A stretch of DNA of 56,881 nt, counting the filler, from Sphacelaria rigidula (taxonomy: Eukaryota): NCBI GenBank assembly GCA_964200075.2. It is 5 parts of 5 records of this genome, joined end to end, with 100 filler letters (N's around TTAATTAATTAA, not from the genome) between each part and the next. Parts side by side here need not be neighbours in the genome. Positions count along the whole stretch, not along the records: positions 11,399 to 22,695 come from CAXNAA020005101.1; positions 22,796 to 34,091 come from CAXNAA020005102.1; 3 more parts are not named here. One strand, 5' to 3'. Positions 11,505 to 22,879 of the stretch are shown piece after piece. The notes under the pieces were generated by a model. That model made no database searches, had not been told where the DNA came from, and worked only from the letters and a program-made list of their open reading frames with translations. The position numbers and the translations under genes were made by a program. Every line of letters begins with the position of its first letter. Position 1 is the stretch's first letter.

Positions 11505-12595
11505 GACCCGTTGCTCGTTGTGGAGAAAATTAGTAGTGCGAGCACTCGACTCATTGCTCATTGTGGAAAAAAATTATGAGGCGAGCACTCGAGTCGTTGC
11601 TCATTGTGGGGAAAACAAAATAGGGGCGAGCACTCGAGTCATCACTCGTTGTGTGGAAAAAAATAATAGGGTCAGCACTCGAGTCATTGCTCGTCGTGCA
11701 AAACATTAATAGGGCGAACGCACTCGAGTCATTGCTCGTGCTGAACGACGTGAGTTGAGGAGTCAGCAACCCGACGAGTCACTAATTATAATGAGCTCTT
11801 CGAAGATCTTGAGCCTAGAATCTCCAAGTTCAAGTGCATTTCTGCTCATCATGTACAAGCGTCAAGCTCCAAAGCTCGTTTTCATTTATCCCAGGCCCCA
11901 CCAACACACAGAGATCAGAGTTCTACTAGAGCGGCGGAGAGCACCTCTTGAGTAGTACATTTACATTTACATAAGCTGACAGTGTCGTCTGGTGCCGACC
12001 GATGAGCAACCCCCCTTCTACGCGTGAAGATTCCGGCGAATCAGCAACGCATGATGGTGGAGAAGGGTGCCACAAACACCGTTGCGGGGAGTCCGCGGTT
12101 CCAAAGGGGTTAGTACGATTTGCGATGGTCCCAATATTACCATATTCTACCCTTGTTTCAATAGGCTTCCACCATGTCTCGCGCCTCACTCGTCCATAAC
12201 CTAACCTCAGTGATTAATGATTGGTCCTTGGGTTGTCCAGAAAAGACGCAAGCAAGCGAGGCATTGCTCGTGATGACAAAACAGATGACTCGAGCAAACG
12301 AGTCATACCATGTGTGAAAAAGTCAATGCCTCGAGCAAACGACGTGGTAGCTCGTGGTGGAAAAAATTAGTAGGGCGAGTACTCGACTCACTGCTCTTTG
12401 TGGAAACAAGCTATAGGGCGAGCACTCGAGTCATTGCTCGCCGTGGAAAAAATTAATAGGGCAACCACTCGAGTCAATGCTTGTTGTGGAAAACAAATAA
12501 TAGGGCGAGCACTAGAAAATTGATAAGACGAGCACTCAAGTCAGTACTCGTTGTGGAGAAATTCAACAGGGCGAGCACTCGAGTCATTGGTCGTT
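11505..12595. repeat. Degenerate tandem array of ~41-bp CGAGCACTCGAGTCATTGCTCG units in two blocks
   Basis: Consensus TAGGGCGAGCACTCGAGTCATTGCTCGTTGTGGAAAAAAATAA; blocks ~11505-11745 and ~12255-12595, same orientation. Confidence 0.85.
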
Positions 12596-13356
12596 TTTTT
12601 TTTTAAACAACCGCGAGTGCACTCATTTCGACGAGAAATGACTCGTCCGACGTGTACAATATTATTTCTACAGTAGCTTGCCACTGGGGCCCTTGATATC
12701 CCTGAGTGGGATATCGACGTGTAGCTGCTGTAAGCACACGCCAGTGATGGAGGCGAAGAAAAGCACACACGGAATAAAAAAATGTGGTGAAGTCGAAGCG
12801 AATGATCAAAGCCACTCTCAATCAGCGCTCTACTTTCAATCTCACGAAACGTTGTTACTTATGAATCACCGGCTCAGTTCAGAAACTCGTGAAAAATGCA
12901 TGTGACCTACTACATTGGACATAGAACCGAATCGGTAAAATGGTATGATATTTTAACCCTTCCGCAAGCGTTTTTCGTTTGAGCGTAGACGGCCAGGCGC
13001 ATGATGCCACCTCGGGATGGGTTGCTCCACAACAGCCAGATACGAGGAATCCGCCACACTTTCGCGATTTTTGTGCGCGCAGTGTGACTTGTTATTGTAA
13101 CGATATGTTGCGCTTTTTGTGAGGTGGAGAGGTTTCTACGATTTCGCACAAACATTTTTTTGTTGAGCCAGAACAGGGGATTATGAAAAATAGGAAGGAA
13201 ACGTTTTCGATGGTGTTGAAAATCGTGGGAAACGTTCGAGGGAACTACAAGAGCCCCCTCCCCCCAAAGACATTATTTTGAACCTCCAGTTTCCTCGAAA
13301 GTGCCTTCGAGGAATACGTGCTGGTCCAGCCTAGACGCGAATTTGTAGCTTGCAGG

Positions 13357-13632
13357 CCCCGCTTCCCCTTCATTTTGAGAGTTGGACTTTCAAATTTGGT
13401 ACGGAAATGAGCAGGGCATAACGATAGTAAAGGCGTATTAATTTCGGGACTCCGAGTTTAATTTTTTTCATGAGTTAAAGGCAATAATCAGTATCCAGTT
13501 TTCAGCATAATGCCGTTAATTCATGAAGAAAAAAAAACAGGGTCCCCAAATACGTTTTTCTATTAGTATGCCCTACTTATTTTTCGTATCAAATTTGAAA
13601 GTCCAACTCTCGAAGTTGAGGAGAGGCGGGGC
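13357..13632. mobile_element. Foldback MITE, ~95-bp arms
   Basis: GAGAGTTGGACTTTCAAATTTGGTACG vs CGTATCAAATTTGAAAGTCCAACTCTC. Confidence 0.7.
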
Positions 13633-14640
13633 GATGTAGAAAACCGGGCAAGTCGAAATTCGGAGCAGTATTTCGCAGGCCCCTTGTCGGCCCAGGTTTG
13701 GTACTTGTGTATTGATTTTTTTTTGGGACCTCGCTAGGGCATAATGAGCCAAAAAATGGGACAGATTGTTCTTCTTCATGTTTTTTCGTGTCAAGGACGT
13801 TTTGGTATAGTGAAGAGATTCATTCGCGAAAATGACGCTCTCAGCTCTCTCTCTTCCCAAAATGAAGATCCACAGTTTCTTCTTTTCAGTATGCCTTTGT
13901 GATTCTCCATGCAAAATTTCAAAGCACATCCCTCTCAGAAACTGAGACGCGTAGTCTAGATTTCGTGTAATAAGCACTTCTGCTCGTAATATATATTTTA
14001 AAATAGTATGTACGCCATAAAATAACTCGAGATAGATAACGTATGAGGCGAAGGTATGTGTATCGATCTTTTTCCCGTGCTCCAGGGAACGTCCACACCA
14101 AAAATCGTCATCATCCGCTGTATATATCGTTCGGGTTTACATAGACTTTAGTATAGACGCTATATCTCCGTGCGGTATAGGAACCAATAGATATGGCGTC
14201 TAATCAACGAGAAAAATAAGTGGCCCAGACTGTGGAGTGGATGGGCACCTTCCCCTTGATTGGACGATTAGTACGATGTATGGACCACGGCCCAACTTGT
14301 CTGCGTCGATGAGATATTGCTTCGAGAGCTTCAACCCATTTCTAGGCTGGCCCAGCTCGTATCATTCCCCACAAACCGAACACCATGAAAAAATACAGTG
14401 AAGGTACACACCTCGAAGGTGCCTGCGTGTGGTACCATTTCCCACAATTCCGAAAAACGTTGAAAAAAAATCGTTCGCAAAAAAAAATATTTCACAACGA
14501 AAATATTTGGTTGTTTTGAGTTGTTCCTCATTTTCAAAATTTTCAGTTCGAAAGTCAGACTGCGCGCACCGAAAATGGCCAATGTGTGCCGGAATCCTCT
14601 CAAATAGTGGAGCGAGTCAATTACGAGGCGGTCTCATCCA

Positions 14641-14890
14641 CGACACGTTCTACGATAGATATCTCGCCCCCAAAACGTGGTTGGTTCTGGGAGGCAAAAT
14701 TTAGACGTAAATCGAAATGAGAAAAGCTGAGCACAACGAGCAGCTGGGAATTTCCACGCTGGGGTTCGTTTTCGCCAATGCCGTCCACATGAGGCACGCC
14801 ATGCGGCCTGAAACCAAACATCAGGCGGTGTATGACCATTTTATTCGTGGTAGTCTTGGGCTGGTTTAGGGGTGGGGTATCGTAGAAAGA
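14641..14890. mobile_element. MITE of the same family as 29198-29403 (inverted copy)
   Basis: TIRs TTCTACGATA...TATCGTAGAA; internal CGTAAATCGAAATG and CCTGAAACCAAACATCAGG match 29198-29403 on the opposite strand. Confidence 0.65.
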
Positions 14891-15662
14891 CTCCTACCTG
14901 GCCATTTTTTCATGCGAAAAACGCCATCGAAGGGTCAAAATTACACTCTCGATCGGTATGTAGATTTTAGTCAGACAAGGCGCAATAGTCTATACGCTCG
15001 TAGCCTTGTTGTCAGAGTGATTTTGTATTCCACTTGTTTCGCAGGGGGAAAGAGGGGTCACCACCATGTCGAGGGCGTAAAAAATGTATTTTCCATGGCG
15101 TGTTATTCCCGTGAGCGAGGAGGTTGTACTGTGTGCACAGCTGGCAGAAAACTCTATGCCCATCTTGGCGCGTGGATGTCTGCATTATGATTATGGGGCA
15201 TATGTGAGTCGTCGGGGGCTGCATGGCAAAGCCTTTATTGGTTATGTACTCTCTTCGAAACCGTAAGGCGAATCGTGCAACTCAACAATGGAGCTGAGCA
15301 GCCTGAGAATTAGGGGCGATCGTGTTGGCTGCGAGACAGAAAAGCAAGAATTCACTCACCGGGCAAATAATAAATGATAGCAAGTCGACCCGAAGAAACT
15401 TGTGCAGCAAAGAAACAATATTCTAGTACCACGTCTCAATAATGTGGTGAACGTCGATTGGTTGTTTTTCGTTTGGATTATTTTTGGTTCTGGAGACGGG
15501 ATACATAGTATAACGCCGCCTCCTGTCCCAGACACGTGAGTATACCACCTCTCACGGAAGGTGGTCTGATCCGCAGATTTGGGGGTGTTGAAAGCGGCCA
15601 CTCGACAAAAATCGAACTGCCTGCGGATGAACAGTGTGAAGAAAGTGCGGGAAAAAGTTGAA

Positions 15663-15875
15663 GTACAATAGAGAGTCTCGGGAAACGCTTTTATTGTCAT
15701 TTCAGAGTGCGAATATCTCAGGATCAGAGTGCAGAATGAAAAAACACGCCATCGAAAAAAAGTTAAGGGGATACCACATTTGAAGGGGGGGGGAAATCAT
15801 GTCTCGTTACACTCTGATCCTGAGATATGTGCACTCTGAAATGACAAAAAAGCGTTTTCCGAAACTCTCTATTCT
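15663..15875. mobile_element. Foldback MITE, ~70-bp arms; a single-arm copy at ~3609-3690
   Basis: AATAGAGAGTCTCGGGAAACGCTTTT...ATATCTCAGGATCAGAGTG vs CACTCTGATCCTGAGATAT...AAAAGCGTTTTCCGAAACTCTCTATT. Confidence 0.7.
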
Positions 15876-16808
15876 CTGTCGTCGGTGCAGGAGGTATTTT
15901 GCAGAGCCCGTCCGCGTCTATGCCTTTGCAGGTATGTGCCGTCGGGAGAAATACAAAAGTGGCCCTGTTTCCAATATTTTTGAACGAGCATTGAAAGTGA
16001 CTTCTGGGAGAGTTTTTTATAACAAAATATTGACAAGCACACACAAACCACGCCCTCGAAATCTGCGACCATGCTATCCATGCAGCTGTTCCCCACTTTT
16101 ATCCCTGCCTCCACTGCTTGCCGACTACGTCGCATGCTGCTACTACTGTCCCAAGTGTTCAAGCCGACACTGGGATGAGCTCGCGAATAGACAGTCATTT
16201 GTAATCTCCTTCATGAAACAGATTTTCTTGTATCTGTGCGTCGTACGAGAAACAAGAAAATACGGGAGCGCAAAAATCAAATATCGTTTCTCCTCGCTGC
16301 TCTGCTTACTCGTGCACACAAATACAAAGTACCCAACCCGGCAGCGCACAACATGAAGGAAACTAGCTGGGCCAGCTGCTACTCCAAAGTCAACGCATAT
16401 TCCATCACAAAAAGTCGTACTACCCATAACTCCTGTACTGTACTCTCTCGTCAAACGCCTCTTCTCAATACCCCCCCCCCCGTCCCCCTCTCATGAGTAC
16501 ACCCCGTCCCCCTCTCCCGAGCTTTAGATACCGTTGTCTTACATTGCGCGACGTAACTTGACTCAACCGTCAATCGCGACCAACGCTCAGGAGTGACTGT
16601 GTATGCCGTACTACGGGTACACGGTTGCTGCCCAACGTCTTGTTCTTGCCCCGCTCTTGCACTGACTGCGCATGAATTGTATGACTTGAGGATGTTGCTC
16701 GCTCACTCACCCACACAACAAAGCACTCAACAATATCTCTCGAATGTTGTGGTGCTTGCAAGGTACACAGTCACACACAATTTCTATTATCATGAATACT
16801 GTCATCCC

Positions 16809-16843
<35 letters not shown>

Positions 16844-17949
16844 TTTGCGTCGATGACATTTTGATCCTAATTGCACGACAGCATTAATGTATTTACTTTC
16901 TCGGTATGTTTTGACACATTTTGCTACAACAAAGGTGCTACTCCCCGCGTGGTCAATGGTCAAACGGCTGTGGCAAGCATCATGAGTACACCCTCCTCCC
17001 CACCTCCTCCCCACCTCTTCTCCCCTCCCCATTTCCTCTGTCTCCTAAAGGGGGGGGGGAGGGGGGACATTTACATGTGACGCTTGTGAATTTGTCTCTA
17101 AATGGAAGTAATTCATCACCACGTATTCGAATCTCCGTCGTAATATCGATGGGCCAGCATTCCGACTATTTGTTACCCACTACAACTGTTTATTTTGTGC
17201 TCACCGTGTCTGGCCCGCTTTGTAGAGTACTCAACGAAGGAATAAAACATCATGGGTATCGGGGTTTTCCACCTGACTCACGGGTTTTGGAAACGGCACG
17301 CTAGGTAGGTAAGAACTCCAAGGTGGGGTATGGATACTCTATCATCATTTATCGTTCCTGTCATCCAACATACTCCCTTCCATCAATTTCAGTAGGCACA
17401 CGTTTCTGACGGAAAGCACTGAAACAACAGACAGCTACACAACCACCGACTTGACCCTTACCGTCGCAGACACTGCTACATGTACCAAAACACAGGGAAT
17501 CTGGCGTTCGAAAAGTTTTAAGGAAGGAAGGTGCTTCGACCGTGAAGTTGGTTTTTACCTTACTGTAACATACGCAATGTCTCGACCTCCACAACAAGAG
17601 AAAAAAAATCTTGCGTGCGCGCTACACTTTACATACACATACACCTTTTACTTGATTTCTAACTGGAGATACCCTCTTTAAACGCGAAACGCCACGTGCT
17701 ACCCTTAAAACTCGGTCCAGCGTACACTGAACGTTTACAGACTGCAGTAGCTCCATCATGAATCCACGCTCAATATCACACCACACGCACCGTCGCGACC
17801 ACGTCACCCCCTGATCTTCTTTTTCACCCACCGTATGATCATCCATCTTATCCTCCGCCACCCACAGGTCCTCACCGCACCAGTTTCGCCACTGATGTTG
17901 CCATCGACGCGCTTATGCTGCTCGGCGCTCTGTCCATTGTATTCACCAA

Positions 17950-20900
17950 CTACCAATACTCCTCCTTGAGCGAGTCGGAGAGCAACGAGGTATTCGTAGA
18001 TGGTTGTTGCAGTAAAAACCTCATGACCCCGGTGCGCCGAGTTCCCCCTCCCCCCTCTGTCACTGTTGTCCGAGAAGGCGTAGAAGCCGTCACGGCCCCC
18101 GCTCCCGCCGTCGCTGGCTGCCACATTTTAGCGTCCCCTCCTCTCCGCCCGGTGTTTGCCTGAGTCGCTAGGTTGTCACCGCCTGTGCTGCTCTGGTTGG
18201 TCGTCGAGAGGGGATTGGTGCCTGAAAAATTACGCGCATGCTGGTCATGCTGGTGGTGGTCATGCTCCTGCTGCTGCTGCTGCTGGTTGGGATCGGCATT
18301 CTTCGGGAAACCTTCCGTGAAGTCACCATGTGCCTGGCCCACCACCGCTGCGGTTGCCACGTAATTGTCGTTGGCGGGCGACAAGGGTTCCATCGAGAGA
18401 CTGAGCATCGGCTGCTGGTGCTGGTGCCGTGAAAGCAAGCGCGGAGGTAACAGCGGGGAAGGTGGCGGCGGCGCATACAATTGGTCTTGGAGATGGTGTT
18501 GGTGTTGGTGCTGGTGCGCCGGGAATGTTTGCTGCAAGTAGGTGTGTCTGCTCCGGCGAGGAGGGAGTATCACTGCAGGTGTGGGAGGTACGCATAGCAG
18601 CAGCGGCGGCGACCCTACGAAAGGCGTCGCAGGTGTCGCCGTGATGGCCGGAGGCTGCTGCGGAGCTGCGATAGAAGCAGACCCATGGAGAGGACTCGTC
18701 GGCAGCGGGGCCGGTGGCATCAACCGCTCGCCGGATGCTGTCGTTGCCGCGGCTTTTGCGTCAGTCCGAGCTCCTACCTTGCCCCATACCCCTGTGCAGT
18801 ATCCATTTCCATGTGTGGGCACGGTAGACGTCTCGCGCGCCGGCTCCACGATCGGTTTACTCTGAAATCCCACTTTATCACCTTCGTTTGTAGCGGCAAA
18901 ATTTGTAGATCCCCCTCCCGCATCAATGATTGGTGGATGTTGGCTTTCTATGCCGAGCATGTTTGTGCAGCCACCCGTCGGTGCAGAGCTTATTGTGACT
19001 GGTGATTCGGGAATTACTTTCCCCCCCTTTCCCTCAGCTGGAAGCCCGTGGTATCCAACAGGTCGGCCAGGCTGTGGTGCGCCCACTGCACTTGCCGCAC
19101 CCGCCGCACCCGCTGCTGCCGCTGCCATGTCTGATGCCTTGCCTTCCCCTGTGGATGAAGATGTGTCTACGGCCTTGCTATCCTTAGGTGCCTCCATTAT
19201 TCTCTTGTTTTGCGCTTGTGAAGTAGAAGACTGGACAAATGCTTCTGACTTGATGAACGTTTTTGCCGGGCAACCGGGATCAAAAGCTGGGGGCGAGGTC
19301 GCAGATGTGAGCTGCTTCACGACCGGCAATCGTGCGGATGAAGAACACGGTGGTGCCAGCGGTAGCGAGGGCGTCTTGGCGATCTTTATGCGTCGGACGG
19401 ACTTCTTGAAGGCGGGCCTAGAGCGAGCAGTCGGTTGTAGTGAACTACCTGCTTGTTGAACGCCCAACTGATCACCATCGCCCGCGGGATCCGGTTTCCA
19501 GTCCAGTTCCTGCATGTTATTGCGGGCTTGAATACTTTCCACCACCCCGGCAACGTCGTTACTCTCTAATAGAAGATCCTCGTCGATATCTCCGGGTCGG
19601 CATGTGAAGATCGTGTTCAGCACGTCCACCTCTAGGCCCGCGCTGGCGGTTTTGATGACAACGCTGCGCCTCTTGGTCGCCTGCTCGAGCTTCCTCGAGA
19701 GAGACGGGGCATCCTTCCCGCCGTCACTGCGTGATGCGATCTTTTCCTCTAATCGCACGATTGTTTTGTCGAGGCTGCTCACCTGGCGGTGAGGCCAACG
19801 CTTGACGCCGTAGGCTCGACACAGCTTCTTCAACATTGTGAGGCTCACATGCAGCTCTTGCGCGGCCACATTGAGCGGGACATGATAAAAGCACTCCAAC
19901 ATGTCCAATGGAAGCCTCGCCGCCACATCCTCGCTGGTCTGACGCTTGCCACTAAAGGCGCAGCCGGCGGTGGCCCTGGTGGCGTTCCCTTCCCTTCGAT
20001 CGCGTTCACTCGGTTCGGGTTTGGGCTTTCTTGACTTTGTCCTTCCACCTCTGCCACCTCGTCGGCCAGCCCTTGCTCCCCTCCCCCTCCCCCCTCCAGA
20101 CCTGTCCATTCTAGCTGCATCATTCACTTTCGGTTGCAATGCTTCTTGACTGTCTTCTTCGGTATCATCAAAGCCGTCTTCGCCATCATCACCGCCGCTG
20201 TCGGGCTCGATTTTCTCGTGCATAATCAACTGCTGCTCGGCAAACGCGTTCTCCTCAATCGTGCCGTTGCGAAGCGCGAATCCACTTTCTGTCTGAGACA
20301 GCCCGAGGAGGAACATGTCGTTGAGACTGTTGCTATAGTACAGCTCGCCCATTTTGTGGTTAATTTTCCCTGAAAGCCCAGTGGCGTGGTTTTCATCGAG
20401 GGCCGGAGAATCGATGCTGTTTTCCGCTCTGCCGCCGGCTGCCGCTCCGCTAGCGTTGCTACCAGTGCGATGGAGGTCATCGCTACTTGTTTCGTCGATG
20501 CTCTGCTCTTCCGCTTCAAGTTGCCGTTTAGTTATGGACTCTGTCGACATCGAGAACAAAGGTAGATTTTTCATTGAGCCGCGCGCATCAGCTGCAAGGT
20601 ACGTCCTACGGGCGGTGGAGATCTTCTCGCTGGCGGTAGTACCGTTGTTCGCACTGGCTGACTCCGCCTGCTCGCTCCGACCTCCCCCCTTTTGCTCGCC
20701 AATTCCCGAGGAGTCCCCGCCTTCTTGTTGAATGCCGCCGTCTGATGGTGACAAACGTTGTTTTTGTTGCTGCGGGTTGTTTTCATCGATATTACCATCG
20801 CTTTCACTAACAGTAGCACTCTCACCCAGTTTGAGAAAAGACAAGTCTTCGAGCATCGCGTCGTTTACGTTGTGCACCGTGTCCTCCTCGCCGTCGATGC

Positions 20901-21189
20901 TCTCGTCGCCCGGCGCGAAGCCGAAGTCGGTGCTGATGCCCGACCACACTCCAGTCAGGTTGAAGGAGCCACGCGAAAGCGCCGGTATTCTATCACTGCC
21001 GCTATTCATCCCCACTTCCGTTCCTCCTCCTCCGCCAACCGACTCGAACAAGTTGAGCATAGATGGGTCTTTGATCCTGAGCCTTTTGGAGGCGGGGTAG
21101 TCGTTTTCCAAGAGTTTGAGGCTAGCGAGTCGGCGGGGCGAGCTCACCATGTTTTGCCGCCCGCTGCGACTTCTCGTGAGCGTCATCAT
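17950..21189 (-). CDS. RWP-RK domain transcription factor, ~1080 aa, uninterrupted ORF
   Basis: LPLDMLECFYHVPLNVAAQELHVSLTMLKKLCRAYGVKRWPHRQVSSL (~19760-19915) fits the RWP-RK consensus. First ATG is at 21189; the track start 21237 is TTG; the frame is open to 21372. Flanks are low-complexity. Confidence 0.9.
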   Translation of the reverse strand: MMTLTRSRSGRQNMVSSPRRLASLKLLENDYPASKRLRIKDPSMLNLFESVGGGGGTEVGMNSGSDRIPALSRGSFNLTGVWSGISTDFGFAPGDESIDGEEDTVHNVNDAMLEDLSFLKLGESATVSESDGNIDENNPQQQKQRLSPSDGGIQQEGGDSSGIGEQKGGGRSEQAESASANNGTTASEKISTARRTYLAADARGSMKNLPLFSMSTESITKRQLEAEEQSIDETSSDDLHRTGSNASGAAAGGRAENSIDSPALDENHATGLSGKINHKMGELYYSNSLNDMFLLGLSQTESGFALRNGTIEENAFAEQQLIMHEKIEPDSGGDDGEDGFDDTEEDSQEALQPKVNDAARMDRSGGGRGRGARAGRRGGRGGRTKSRKPKPEPSERDRREGNATRATAGCAFSGKRQTSEDVAARLPLDMLECFYHVPLNVAAQELHVSLTMLKKLCRAYGVKRWPHRQVSSLDKTIVRLEEKIASRSDGGKDAPSLSRKLEQATKRRSVVIKTASAGLEVDVLNTIFTCRPGDIDEDLLLESNDVAGVVESIQARNNMQELDWKPDPAGDGDQLGVQQAGSSLQPTARSRPAFKKSVRRIKIAKTPSLPLAPPCSSSARLPVVKQLTSATSPPAFDPGCPAKTFIKSEAFVQSSTSQAQNKRIMEAPKDSKAVDTSSSTGEGKASDMAAAAAGAAGAASAVGAPQPGRPVGYHGLPAEGKGGKVIPESPVTISSAPTGGCTNMLGIESQHPPIIDAGGGSTNFAATNEGDKVGFQSKPIVEPARETSTVPTHGNGYCTGVWGKVGARTDAKAAATTASGERLMPPAPLPTSPLHGSASIAAPQQPPAITATPATPFVGSPPLLLCVPPTPAVILPPRRSRHTYLQQTFPAHQHQHQHHLQDQLYAPPPPSPLLPPRLLSRHQHQQPMLSLSMEPLSPANDNYVATAAVVGQAHGDFTEGFPKNADPNQQQQQQEHDHHQHDQHARNFSGTNPLSTTNQSSTGGDNLATQANTGRRGGDAKMWQPATAGAGAVTASTPSRTTVTEGGGGTRRTGVMRFLLQQPSTNTSLLSDSLKEEYW

Positions 21190-22543
21190 AGCTCGAAAAT
21201 TTCTCAGGCGCTTGCTTTGCCTTGTGCTCGAGGTCAATATTGCAGCACGTTTGTGTCTGCACAGCTCTGCCGTCGCTTCGCGCGGGAACCAACAGGAGTG
21301 CGTGCCGTTCCTCGAACCGGCACTCGTTGTACCGCTCCTGTTTTCCCCTAGATTACATCCATTCTTTGGTCTTCAAGTTCAACCGCATGTCCCTTTGTTT
21401 CCCCTTTGGTTTTTGTACCGGGCAATGTAGAGGTGATTGTCAAATTCTCTCGATGTCCGTGGCCAAACCTGCTGGTCTGACATCTGTACTGAAGTGACCA
21501 ACTACGCTAATGGAGAGAACGGAAACACATGGCGCACACCTACTACCGTAAATCCTGACAAGCGCCGCACATGTATCGGTGGATTGCGCCGCGATCCAGG
21601 AATCAATCCCGTTGCCATTTTCCATTTGGATATCCTTCTCGTTCGTCTTTGGCTCCCCTCACAGATTTACTTGTACACTATCATTTCGTGCTTCTTCAAT
21701 AAAGTCACTCGTGGGGATGCCTCGACCGGAAGGTGCCGGTGGAGGCAAGAGTCCGAGGAAGCGGAGAATCCTAGTAAATCGTGAATCTACACTCCAGAAG
21801 AGAAACATTGGCGATCCAGGTGTGGGTGGTGAGATGGATCTGGTAGTCCGAGGACATTTCGAAAGGGATAGGTACTGTAAATGGCTGGATGTGAACTAGC
21901 TCTCGGGCAGCACATAACAGTGCAAAACTTGGAAGAACTATAATCGAGTGTTTGAGTGCATACCCTATCCTGGGGATCAGAAGAATGTCAGCTGATCTCA
22001 AGAAAACCAAGAATTGCTATCCCACAAACCTTTAGTCCTGCCCAGTTTCAGAGTCACGAGCTGAAGGATCACACACAAGTTGGTACACACGGAGTACAGA
22101 CAAGCGTATCGCTTGACCGCGTGGCCTTTTTGAGATTGTTCTCTCGCTCTGGACTCGAGTTTATCCACGAAGCGGGAATCTGTCACCTCTTCAGAGGTCA
22201 CATTTTCGTGTCATGAGATAAAGACATATCGTGAGCCGAGTCCGCCGTGATCATGTTACCAGGGATCTCCGGGGCCGCACCCCTCGCAGGTCTCAATATA
22301 CACGACTTAATCGACGATTTGTTGGTCATTTTCCAAGACTCCACCACATGTGGAATAATTCAGCCTCAGGGGACTCAATGGAAAAAGCCGACTCAGAGCA
22401 ATTGTTCGTAAGGCCCACTTTTATGACAACGAATCTCGATTCCTACAAATATGAGAATTTCAGCCCGTCTACAGACGATTTTCTCCCGTGGATTGATCCT
22501 TCGGACCCCAGCCCGTTGGGCAATGTTTTTCGGCTAGCTCTGA

Positions 22544-22695
22544 GCAAACCAGATCAACTCTCCGATTCTCTGGACGTTGACTTTTGATGTATCACCTTTC
22601 TGCCCAAATCGGGACGGGAGTCTCCCTCGATTTGGGCAGAAAGGTGATACATCAAAAGTCAACGTCCAGAGAATCGGAGAGTTGATCTGGTTTGC
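22544..22695. repeat. Perfect 68-bp inverted repeat at contig end
   Basis: 22544-22611 is the exact reverse complement of 22628-22695, with a 16-nt loop. Confidence 0.9.
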
Positions 22696-22795
22696 NNNNN
22701 NNNNNNNNNNNNNNNNNNNNNNNNNNNNNNNNNNNNNNNTTAATTAATTAANNNNNNNNNNNNNNNNNNNNNNNNNNNNNNNNNNNNNNNNNNNN
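22696..22795. other. Artificial contig spacer
   Basis: Same 100-bp linker. Confidence 0.97.
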
Positions 22796-22879
22796 TTTTG
22801 AGTTGAACCTCATTTTGTTTTTCAACCCCATTTTCAAAAATCGGCTGTTTATTTTAGATTGCGATGATCTGTGAAAATG

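Noticed and set aside
7749..12595. CRISPR-like arrays
   Set aside because: Inter-repeat sequences are homologous rather than unique spacers; no cas genes; eukaryotic context
17950..21189. RWP-RK gene as a MID-like sex determinant
   Set aside because: No linkage evidence here; MID proteins are short, and the known brown algal male determinant is an HMG-box gene
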